The position numbers and the translations under genes were made by a program. DNA of 51,068 bases, from positions 1-51,068 of the forward strand of contig JAEOTA010000049.1 in assembly GCA_016840085.1 (NCBI GenBank), read 5' to 3'. Under the pieces are notes generated by a model, which did no database searches, was not told the DNA's origin, and saw only the letters and a list, made by a program, of their open reading frames with translations. Position 1 is the stretch's first letter; the number at the start of each line of letters is the position of its first letter. Positions 10,986 through 19,641 of this stretch are shown piece after piece. This DNA is from Promethearchaeota archaeon. Its GTDB lineage: Archaea; Asgardarchaeota; Lokiarchaeia; Sigyniarchaeales; SOKP01.

Positions 10986-11258
10986 TTATGTTTTAGCTTT
11001 TTCCGTTTGTATTTCTTCCTCATCCAGAACATAAATACACCAATCAGGACAACAATATTCACACCTACGACATCCAACACAATATTTTTCTTTTCCTTCC
11101 TTTACTTTAGGGATGTAAGCAATTCTATAATTGAGCTCATCACTAATTTCTAAGATACCCGTAGGACAAATTGCGATACAAGCATAACAGCCTCCACATC
11201 TGTCCTTATTTAAAAAAAGGGAGAATTTCTTTTCTTTATTCTCGATTAGTTTGGGAAT
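10986..11258 (-). CDS. korD: 2x[4Fe-4S] ferredoxin, delta subunit (absent from the ORF track; ATT/ATA start)
   Basis: My translation: IPKLIENKEKKFSLFLNKDRCGGCYACIAICPTG...CVGCRRCEYCCPDWCIYV...KT*. There is no ATG/GTG/TTG between the upstream in-frame stop and the Cys motifs. Confidence 0.85.
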   Translation of the reverse strand: MPKLIENKEKKFSLFLNKDRCGGCYACIAICPTGILEISDELNYRIAYIPKVKEGKEKYCVGCRRCEYCCPDWCIYVLDEEEIQTEKAKT

Positions 11259-11423
11259 TATTTATCAACTTACTTAATATTTGATTAATGTAAGAAAATA
11301 CTCTAACAATTATAAATTTCAGTCAATAACATTTTAAGGTTTTCTCGAATTTCGAAAACAATATAAAAAAGACAAAAAAGTATACTATAAAGATTTAAAA
11401 TTAATGACAAAAATAATTATGTA

Positions 11424-12143
11424 ATGTATAGAAAAGCAATGGAACCTTTTGGTTTAGCTCTTAAAGAATTCTTTGAAGGAAATAAATATGCGAAAATCAT
11501 TTTTCATCGAGATGATGGATTAAAGGAGGAAACTTCACTCCTTTTTTATTTCAGAAGTGAAAATAACTTCACATCAATCGAAAGACAAGCACTCGCATTA
11601 TGTCAAGGAAGAGTATTAGATATCGGAGCAGGCATTGGTCCACATAGTTTAGCACTTCAGAAGTGTGGATTGGAAGTTTTAGCAATCGATATTTCTCCTT
11701 ATGCATGTGAAATTATGAGGAAAAGAGGGGTAAAAAACGTAAAATGCTCTACTATTTATGAATTAAAAGAAGAAAGATTTGATACCATTCTTCTTATGGG
11801 TAGATCAATAGGATTTGTAGAGAATTTATCTGGGCTTACAAAATTCCTTATTTATTGTAAAGATCTATTAAATCCCAGGGGATTAATATTGTTCGACTCT
11901 ATTGATGTCCGATTGACAAAAAAACCAATTCATTTGACGTATCAAGAAGAAAACATTAAACGAGGACGTTATTTTGGAGAAATTAGACTTCAAATAGAAT
12001 ATAAAGATATTTTAGGAGAAAAATTTCAAATTTTGCACATTGACCCTCAAACATTAAAGAATTCTGCTAATAATTTAGATTGGTCTTGTGAGATTTTGCA
12101 TATGGAAAACGATGGGTCTTATTTAGCTAAAATTTTCAAGTAA
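11424..12143 (+). CDS. Class I SAM-dependent methyltransferase
   Basis: VLDIGAGIG motif I, AIDISP. Confidence 0.85.
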   Translation: MYRKAMEPFGLALKEFFEGNKYAKIIFHRDDGLKEETSLLFYFRSENNFTSIERQALALCQGRVLDIGAGIGPHSLALQKCGLEVLAIDISPYACEIMRKRGVKNVKCSTIYELKEERFDTILLMGRSIGFVENLSGLTKFLIYCKDLLNPRGLILFDSIDVRLTKKPIHLTYQEENIKRGRYFGEIRLQIEYKDILGEKFQILHIDPQTLKNSANNLDWSCEILHMENDGSYLAKIFK

Positions 12144-12148
12144 TTTCT

Positions 12149-12688
12149 TTAATTCTTCAACTCCTTTAGGAGTTGTTTTTCTAATCCTCCAGCTTTAAGA
12201 AGTTTTAAGAGTATCGGATGAATTTTTTTGCCAACATATTTTTTCCCAGTAGTTAAATTTGAAACTATTGCTTCTGGAAAATTTATTTCAATTTCATCTC
12301 CTAAGTTAAAATGCTTTGAAATTCCCTCAATTTCCAAAAGAGGGAGTCCACGTGCACAAGATGACCTATAAAATATTCTTGCAAATGACTCTGCTACAAT
12401 AGCAACAATACCTTTTTCCCGAAGGATTGTAGGGGCCGTTTCTCGACTTGAACCACAGCCAAAATTCTTTCCTGCTACAATAATATCCCCATCTTTAACT
12501 TCACTAGGAAATTTTTCATTGATTGTTTCACATGTATGTTCCAATGTCGCTTTTAAATTATCTAAGTATTGACCTGGAGAGATAGCATCTGTATCAACAT
12601 TATCTGGAAAAAGCCATATCTTTCCTTTAATAATATCTCTATATTCGTTAACTTTCTTACTTTTATCCATTACCATCTTCTTTATCAC
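12149..12688 (-). CDS. 3-isopropylmalate dehydratase/homoaconitase small subunit (LeuD/HacB family)
   Basis: DNVDTDAI, GKNFGCGSSRE, AESFARIFYR. Confidence 0.85.
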   Translation of the reverse strand: MIKKMVMDKSKKVNEYRDIIKGKIWLFPDNVDTDAISPGQYLDNLKATLEHTCETINEKFPSEVKDGDIIVAGKNFGCGSSRETAPTILREKGIVAIVAESFARIFYRSSCARGLPLLEIEGISKHFNLGDEIEINFPEAIVSNLTTGKKYVGKKIHPILLKLLKAGGLEKQLLKELKN

Positions 12689-12691
12689 CCA

Positions 12692-13966
12692 CTAAAAGTT
12701 CCTAGGATCTATAATTTCACCTGTTAATGCTGAAGCTGCTACAGTAGCAGGAGATCCAAGATATATTTCAGAAGAATTGCTCCCCATGCGACCTTTAAAA
12801 TTTCGATTTGAACTTGAAATACATCTCTCCCCAGGAGCAAGTACACCTCCATGTGCTCCAAAGCAGGCTCCACAATTGGGGTTTGTAATTATAGCTCCAG
12901 CATTAATTAACACTTCTGATATTCCGGATTTAGCTGCTTTTAACCAAATCTCTTGAGAAGCAGGGGTAACTATCATGCGAACATCTGGGTGTATTTTCTT
13001 CCCTTCTAATATTTTTGCAGCAATTTCAAGATCTTCTAATCTTCCATTTGTACATGAACCTAAAAAAGCTTGATTGATCTTAAGTCCTTTTACTTCTGTA
13101 ACAGGTTTTACATTATCTACTGTATGTGGACATGAAACTTGCGGCTCTAATTCAGATATATCTAGTTTATATATATTATCATAAACAGCATCAGGATCAG
13201 GCTTAATTAATTTAAAAGATTCATTTGTTCTTTCTTTTATCCAATCTATTACTTTTTGATCTGGAATACCAAATGCAAATTTCGCCCCTAATTCAAGTGC
13301 AAAGTTAGACATGGTCATTCTTGATGCAATGCTCAAATATTCCATGGTTTCTCCAGCGAATTCTATTGATTTATATCTGGCAACTTCAGCAGTATAATCT
13401 CCTGCTATTTTTATAATGATATCTTTGCTCATAACATTATAGGGTAGCTTACCAGTGATATTAAATTTAATAGTATGAGGTATCTTAAACCATAATTCTC
13501 CCTTTACATAGGCATAAAATAGATCTGTATTTCCCACACCGCAACTTGCTGCGTTGAATGCACCATATGTGGTTGTATGGCTATCTCCACCTACTATTAG
13601 CATTCCAGGTTTTATATGTCCTTTTTCAGGCAAAACTTGATGACAAATACCTTCTCTGATATCGTAAAAGTTGGTGATTCCCTGCTTTTTGACAAATTTA
13701 CGAATCATATCATGTATCATAGCCCATCTTTCGGTTGGAGCAGGATTATAATGATCAAATAATATAACAATTTTATTAGGGTCAAAAACTTTTCTCTTCC
13801 TTGCGGGCTTTATCTTATTAAAATCTAAAGCAACTTTTGCTGTACCAAAATGGCTCATTACCAGATCAAGCTTTGCATTTATAATATTACCAGGTTTAAT
13901 ATCACTTTCTGAAAGATTGTGTTCTGATAAAATCTTTTCTGCTATAGTTTTACCCGACATCTTCAA
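12692..13966 (-). CDS. 3-isopropylmalate dehydratase/homoaconitase large subunit (LeuC/HacA family)
   Basis: GICHQV, DSHTTTYGA, GSCTNGR, CGACFG, NRNFKGRMG. Confidence 0.9.
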   Translation of the reverse strand: MKMSGKTIAEKILSEHNLSESDIKPGNIINAKLDLVMSHFGTAKVALDFNKIKPARKRKVFDPNKIVILFDHYNPAPTERWAMIHDMIRKFVKKQGITNFYDIREGICHQVLPEKGHIKPGMLIVGGDSHTTTYGAFNAASCGVGNTDLFYAYVKGELWFKIPHTIKFNITGKLPYNVMSKDIIIKIAGDYTAEVARYKSIEFAGETMEYLSIASRMTMSNFALELGAKFAFGIPDQKVIDWIKERTNESFKLIKPDPDAVYDNIYKLDISELEPQVSCPHTVDNVKPVTEVKGLKINQAFLGSCTNGRLEDLEIAAKILEGKKIHPDVRMIVTPASQEIWLKAAKSGISEVLINAGAIITNPNCGACFGAHGGVLAPGERCISSSNRNFKGRMGSNSSEIYLGSPATVAASALTGEIIDPRNF

Positions 13967-14009
13967 TATCTTAAAATAATATTTTATAAAAAAGATAAAC
14001 TAATAAAAA

Positions 14010-15452
14010 CTACATTAAATGAGTTCTAGCAATTTTATCCAATTCTTTTTGAAGTGATGCATCAATAGGTTTTATAGGGGATTTATCTAACATTTTTGAA
14101 GCTAATTCTTTTGCTCTTTTTCTAGCGGATTTTGAGCCTAATGCTTTCCATGAATCTCGAGTCATTCTATCTATAATAATGCTCGGAAAGAATAATTCTT
14201 TTCTAAAATATTTTAGAGTAGAAGGATGGGATAATAATTCTTCCTTATCTCCATAATCCTTCAAAATTTCTGAAGCATATGGAGTTCCATAATCCTCAAT
14301 ACCTTCTAAAAGTCTTTTAACCATTCCTATTATTTCATTATCAATTATTAATTTTTCAATACTTTGAGTTGATTCAAAGTCAAGCATACCTGGACCTGAA
14401 ACCATATTAATTCCCCCTAAACCAGCTAATAATGCCCCCATTCCAGCTTCAAGACCAGCTTGACTATCAGGGATCTTTGAATCACTTAAAGACATATATG
14501 CGTGTGTAGGTAAATTCAAAAATTTTCCAATTTCAATATCACCTAGATTAATCATCATTGTTTCTATTGCGCCCATTGGTGTAGTTCCTTGTTTCATATC
14601 AAATACTGCTGGAGAACCACCCCATATTAACGGAGCACCTCGTTTTGTTAATTGAACAATAACAACTCCCGCAAGACATTCAGCACAATGTTGAGTAATT
14701 GATCCAATTAAGGTTATTGGAGCATTTGCGCCAGCTAATGGCATTGATACAAATTCAGAGGGGATCATACTTTTAGCAGCGTCTATTAATGATTGAGTTG
14801 TCAGGTCTGACCATTTTAAAGGAGGACTGGGACACGCATCAAATATTGCTAAGGGTTTCTGGGCAAGATCATCTTCAGAATTCCTGCAAGCTAGAAGGAT
14901 TTCACGCATGATTGAGAAGCTTTCCTTCCGAAATGTTCCTGTTACTATAGGTTTATAACAATTTGATAATGCTAAATATAATCTATGCCAATCTTGGGCA
15001 TCTTTTGGCACGTCTTGGTATATTAATGCTGTACTTTGAGCTTCTATATACTTCAATTGTTCTACTATCTTAGAAAATTGTATAAAATCTTTTGACAAAC
15101 CCTCTCTTATTTCTCCCGTGTTTTCATCAAGTATGAAAATAGCAGCAGACCCGGGATCAAAGTGGACCTGATCCTCTTCTAAAGTAATGTGTTCATTCCC
15201 TTCCCGATCAAATAGAGTGATTTTATTGGGAACTGAACCCAAACATTTATCTACCAAATCTGATGGTATATAATAACGCAAATCTTTATGATTTAAGCCA
15301 TGTTGATTAAAAATATCGGTTGCTTCTTTGTTTTCAATGAAGATACCTTGAGTTTCTAATATTGATTTCGCTTCTTCAAGAATTAATTTCTTATGTTCTT
15401 TATCTAATATTTGAATTTTTGGTCTAATTATAGTCATATATAAATCCTCCAT
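14010..15452 (-). CDS. MttB-superfamily (trimethylamine/quaternary amine) corrinoid methyltransferase, non-pyrrolysine
   Basis: SPPLKW, PLAGANAPITLIGS, DSKIPDSQAGLE, GMLDFE...IDNEI. No in-frame amber codon. Confidence 0.85.
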   Translation of the reverse strand: MEDLYMTIIRPKIQILDKEHKKLILEEAKSILETQGIFIENKEATDIFNQHGLNHKDLRYYIPSDLVDKCLGSVPNKITLFDREGNEHITLEEDQVHFDPGSAAIFILDENTGEIREGLSKDFIQFSKIVEQLKYIEAQSTALIYQDVPKDAQDWHRLYLALSNCYKPIVTGTFRKESFSIMREILLACRNSEDDLAQKPLAIFDACPSPPLKWSDLTTQSLIDAAKSMIPSEFVSMPLAGANAPITLIGSITQHCAECLAGVVIVQLTKRGAPLIWGGSPAVFDMKQGTTPMGAIETMMINLGDIEIGKFLNLPTHAYMSLSDSKIPDSQAGLEAGMGALLAGLGGINMVSGPGMLDFESTQSIEKLIIDNEIIGMVKRLLEGIEDYGTPYASEILKDYGDKEELLSHPSTLKYFRKELFFPSIIIDRMTRDSWKALGSKSARKRAKELASKMLDKSPIKPIDASLQKELDKIARTHLM

Positions 15453-16330
15453 TAAAGTGAATCTATTATTTTACGAATCTCATATATAGTTTTCGGAGAT
15501 GTACCACAACACCCTCCGACAATTTTCGCGCCTAACTTTATCATTTCATGAATATCTTTAACAAAATCTTCTATAGGTTGTTCATATGAAGTTGTAAGAC
15601 CTTCCAATCTTGGTTTTCCGGCATTTGGTTTAACTGAAAGGGGTTTATTAGTTAGTTCAATAGCTTGTTTTAATAATTCAAGCATTTCATTTGAACCTAA
15701 TGTACAATTTGTTCCAATAACATCTACATTTTCATTCTCCAATAATCTAATACACTTCTCCAATGAATCTCCCATAATTGTAAAAAATCCTCTTTTAGTT
15801 TTATTGTAGGTTATTGAAGCAATAATAGACTTATTAGAAATATCTTTTATCGCTCTTACTGCCGTTAACATTTCTTCAATATCAGAAATAGTTTCAATAT
15901 GCCAAAGATCAATCCCATTTTCTAATAATTTTGCTTGAGCAGAAAAACTTAAATACCAATCTTCACTCGAAGCATTCCCCACAGGAGGTCTAAATTCTCC
16001 AGTTGGTCCAATATCTCCAACAATGAGACGACCAGGAGGGCAAGTTTTTTTTATATTATCTAAAGCATTCTCAATTATTTCTTTAATTCGATCTTCAAGG
16101 TCGTGACGCTTCAAGTTTAATGGTGTTGCACCAAAAGTATTTGTTTGGCACATATCTGAACCTGCATCATAGTAAGACTTATGAATTTCAACAATAGTAT
16201 CTGATTTTTCGATATTTAACATATCTGGAACTTTTCCTGGTTCCAAACCTCGTTTAATTAATTCACTACCCATAGCCCCATCAAACAGGATAATCTTCGA
16301 ATCATCATCTAGCCAATTTTGAAATGTCAA
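15452..16330 (-). CDS. Homocysteine S-methyltransferase domain protein (stand-alone MetH N-terminal module)
   Basis: DGAMGSEL, TNTFG, GTNC, PNAGKP, GGCCGTSP Zn ligands. Confidence 0.9.
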   Translation of the reverse strand: MTFQNWLDDDSKIILFDGAMGSELIKRGLEPGKVPDMLNIEKSDTIVEIHKSYYDAGSDMCQTNTFGATPLNLKRHDLEDRIKEIIENALDNIKKTCPPGRLIVGDIGPTGEFRPPVGNASSEDWYLSFSAQAKLLENGIDLWHIETISDIEEMLTAVRAIKDISNKSIIASITYNKTKRGFFTIMGDSLEKCIRLLENENVDVIGTNCTLGSNEMLELLKQAIELTNKPLSVKPNAGKPRLEGLTTSYEQPIEDFVKDIHEMIKLGAKIVGGCCGTSPKTIYEIRKIIDSL

Positions 16331-16352
16331 AACTAATATCCACTCTCCAAAT

Positions 16353-17000
16353 TTATTTTTCTAGTAGTGATTTAACTAGTTTAACAGCTTCCACTGCGTT
16401 GCCAGCAAAACCATCGGCATCACATTCTTCAACCCAAGAATTTGTAACAGGTGCTCCCCCAAGAATAACTTTAAATCGATTAGTCAATTTTTTCTCCTTT
16501 AAAATATCAATTATTTTTTTCTGGCCAATCATAGTAGTTGTTAAAAGTGCAGAAATTCCAATAACATCAGCATCTTTTTCAATTGCCACATCAATAATTT
16601 TCTCTGCAGGCACATCTGCCCCTAAATCATAAACCTCAAATCCATATGCTCTAAGCATCGTACTAACAATAGTCTTTCCTATAGAATGAATATCACCTTC
16701 TATTGTTGCAATTACAACCGTACCTAATGATAATTTATCTTTCCCGCTCTGAAGATGAGGAATGAGAATATCCAAACAATTCTGCATGATTTGTGCCCCT
16801 AGCATTAATTCTGGTAAAAAGTATTCACCTTCTTCCCATAATTCTCCAACTTTTCGTATTCCAGCTGCAAAACCTTGTTCAATAACTTTAAGTAAATTCA
16901 GTTTTTCTTTTATTGCTTTTTTTGCTAATTCAATTGCTTTATCTTCATCCAAATCGACTATAGCTTCAGTCATTTCTTTAAAAATTTGGTTATTGGACAA
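16353..17000 (-). CDS. Corrinoid (cobalamin-binding) methyl-carrier protein, MttC/MtbC-like
   Basis: DIHSIGK B12-binding motif, SALLTTTM, GGAP. Confidence 0.9.
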   Translation of the reverse strand: MSNNQIFKEMTEAIVDLDEDKAIELAKKAIKEKLNLLKVIEQGFAAGIRKVGELWEEGEYFLPELMLGAQIMQNCLDILIPHLQSGKDKLSLGTVVIATIEGDIHSIGKTIVSTMLRAYGFEVYDLGADVPAEKIIDVAIEKDADVIGISALLTTTMIGQKKIIDILKEKKLTNRFKVILGGAPVTNSWVEECDADGFAGNAVEAVKLVKSLLEK

Positions 17001-17146
17001 ACAAATCTCTCCTTTATTTTAGTTAAATCATTAAATAAAACATTTTAGCTAAAAATTAAAATTACACTTAATTACATAAAAGAAATAAGAAAAATATAAT
17101 TGTTGAATATAATAAATAAGAATTAAAAAAAATTAGAAAATTTTAG

Positions 17147-17524
17147 TTATAACATAGCTATAGCATTAATTTCAATTAACATGCTAGCTATTGGTAAATT
17201 GGAGACTTCAACTGTAGTCCTTGTAGGATAGTTTCCAGATATTTTGTTATCATCAAAAAATTTCTTATATATTTTATTCATTTTGGCAAAATCTTTAATA
17301 TCCCTTAAAAAAACGGTGATATTTACTACATTTTTTATTTTTCCTCCCGTGTTTTCTAAGATTGATTTTATCTTTTCCAAAGCAGAATAAGTTTGATCTT
17401 CTATAGTTTTTGTTGCTTGTTTAGGACCTTGACCGGATATAAATAAAATATTTCCAGCTAGCACTCCCGGAGTATAAGGACCTGCAACAGGAGTACCAGG
17501 ATTAACATATTTGATATCTGTCAT
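17147..17524 (-). CDS. RidA/YjgF family protein
   Basis: GPYTPG, FISGQGP, PTRTTVEV, LIEINAIA. Confidence 0.85.
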   Translation of the reverse strand: MTDIKYVNPGTPVAGPYTPGVLAGNILFISGQGPKQATKTIEDQTYSALEKIKSILENTGGKIKNVVNITVFLRDIKDFAKMNKIYKKFFDDNKISGNYPTRTTVEVSNLPIASMLIEINAIAML

Positions 17525-17808
17525 AATAATTATAACAACTCTATTTTTTTTAATAATTTTTTCCTCTTGCTAAAATATCCCATTTGTATTAAATCAAGAG
17601 CATTTGATTATTTAAATATAAATGATGGTTAAAATAAAAGAGATATCATTTCCTCCTTAAAAAAAATAAAAATTAAAATCCTTTTCATTGATGTAATGAA
17701 TAAAATAACTTCTATTATTATCATACTTTAATATAAAAATAGAAAATAATATTTGTTTTCATTCTTATTTAATTGTAATTATAGTTTTAAAAAAATACAA
17801 GTGATTTA

Positions 17809-18123
17809 ATGCCCAAGAAATTTTCAAAAGAGCCACTCAAAGGAATGAAGGACTATTATCCTTCAGATTTAAGAATAGAAAATTGGATTATTGATACAAT
17901 AAGAGATGTTGCAGAGAGATATGGTTATGAAGAATATGAAACTCCACAATTAGAACCAATTGAAATTTTTGCTGCTAAGTCTTCTGATGAATTAATTAAT
18001 GAACAATCATTTATTATAGAAAAAAAAAAAGGAGAGAGACTTTTATTAATCCCCGAGCTAACGCCCTCCTTAGCTCGAATGGTTGCGAAAAAAAGTCAAG
18101 AACTTAAAAAAACCATTTTATGA
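17809..18123 (+). pseudogene. hisS: Truncated, diverged 5' copy of histidyl-tRNA synthetase (~100 codons)
   Basis: Collinear with the first ~100 aa of the protein at 27336. Similarity stops after ELTPSLARMVAKKSQELKK. The upstream leader/RBS (AAGTGATTT) is also duplicated. Confidence 0.9.
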
Positions 18124-18174
18124 TTAAATTTTAAAGTCTTCTAATTAGATGACTATATACCAAAAATCTCATTT

Positions 18175-19641
18175 CTATGGAAGATTTTTGGAGGTTTTAA
18201 TAGGGTAATAATAATCATATATTTTTCCTAATATGTCAGAGAGATTTAACCCATAAGATTTTAATAATTTGATAATATCTGAATTTTTACTCTTTTTATG
18301 AGCAATCATTATTCTAAGAAGATTTACATCCTTAAATCTTTCTGTAAATTCATTAGAATTCTTAAAATTTGAGAAGTATTTTTGAAATATATCATCCCAG
18401 TTAGTTTGTTTACCAATGATTTTTGATATTGCTCCAAAATAAGAATATGATAATAATTCCATAATCATATGGTTATTCACAATCTTTTCATAATTCAATT
18501 CAATGAGATTTTTTGATAATCTATTAATTTTAGATTGATTACTTATATAATTGAATTTAATGCTCTTTCTTACATTTTTTGGAATTCTATTAAACCATAT
18601 TTTTTCAATTTGTTCATTTTCAATTAATTTTGTAAAAATAAAATTTTTTAATTCTGGCTCTAATATGTTTAGAATAAAAGACTGTAATTCAAAATATATT
18701 ATTTCGTCCCTTTTTTCAATTCTTAACGGTTCTGGAAAGATGTTATATAAGATTAAATTATAATTTAATATTGATTTTAAATATTCTCTGGTTTGAGGAA
18801 TTAATGTTTGGATATCATTCATTAAATCCTTTAAAAAAATGATCTCCTTCAAATGGATTTTTTTAGTAATTAATAATAAAAGATCGATTAATGAAGAAAT
18901 TATGTCATAATTCTTAAACAAATTAATTCTTTTATTTCCAAATCTAATATACTTCTTATCAATTAAATGGATTCTTTCAAATTTTTTTATAACTTCATTA
19001 ATTCTAAAATCCTTCTTCATCAAATCTAGATCATTTATTCTTGAGATTTTATTTTTTATTGAATCTATTAATTTATCATATAATAGCCCTATATTTTGTT
19101 TATAATCCCACCCCATTATTTTTTTGATATACTCCAGTCCCTTCTTAGTCAATAAGATTTTTGTATTTTTCATACCTTTTCTAATGAGATGACCTTGAAA
19201 ATTGTTTGTAAGATTATTGGCTATTTCAAAAGGTTGAGTCAATTTAGGATTAATTTTTTTTCTATGTATTGTAATAATTCCATTCTTCCAAAGAAATTGA
19301 AGAACTTTTATATAATCCTCTTTGAATAGATATATAATTGTTTGATACTTTATAGATTCGTGTTTAAAAAATTTCTTTAAAAGACTGTTAAGATTTATAT
19401 CTAAATCTTTAAGATCAAAATAATCTGGTATTGTATTGAAATAAACTTCTTCACTAATTAAAAATTGAGATTTAATTTTAATAAAATTTTTACACTCTTC
19501 GCAGAAATATCCTCTAATATCAAGAATCCTTACCCAAACAAAATCATTTTCTTTAATAATATCTTTTTTTTTATATTTTTGAAAAATAGAATTTTTAATT
19601 TTACATTTACAAATTTCTAAATTAGAATAACCATCATTAAT
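18175..19641 (-). CDS. Putative effector: Cys-rich N-terminus, winged-helix-like segment, C-terminal Swt1-like HEPN domain (~488 aa, probable ATT start)
   Basis: The frame is open about 135 codons upstream of the listed 19242 start (CKC...CEEC). The C-terminus reads LLSYSYFGAISKII...NWDDIFQKYF...LRIMIAH (R-x4-H at 18298-18315). Confidence 0.65.
   Translation of the reverse strand: MNDGYSNLEICKCKIKNSIFQKYKKKDIIKENDFVWVRILDIRGYFCEECKNFIKIKSQFLISEEVYFNTIPDYFDLKDLDINLNSLLKKFFKHESIKYQTIIYLFKEDYIKVLQFLWKNGIITIHRKKINPKLTQPFEIANNLTNNFQGHLIRKGMKNTKILLTKKGLEYIKKIMGWDYKQNIGLLYDKLIDSIKNKISRINDLDLMKKDFRINEVIKKFERIHLIDKKYIRFGNKRINLFKNYDIISSLIDLLLLITKKIHLKEIIFLKDLMNDIQTLIPQTREYLKSILNYNLILYNIFPEPLRIEKRDEIIYFELQSFILNILEPELKNFIFTKLIENEQIEKIWFNRIPKNVRKSIKFNYISNQSKINRLSKNLIELNYEKIVNNHMIMELLSYSYFGAISKIIGKQTNWDDIFQKYFSNFKNSNEFTERFKDVNLLRIMIAHKKSKNSDIIKLLKSYGLNLSDILGKIYDYYYPIKTSKNLP

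Noticed and set aside
14010-15452. Pyrrolysine-containing MttB
   Set aside because: The ORF is continuous with no in-frame TAG.
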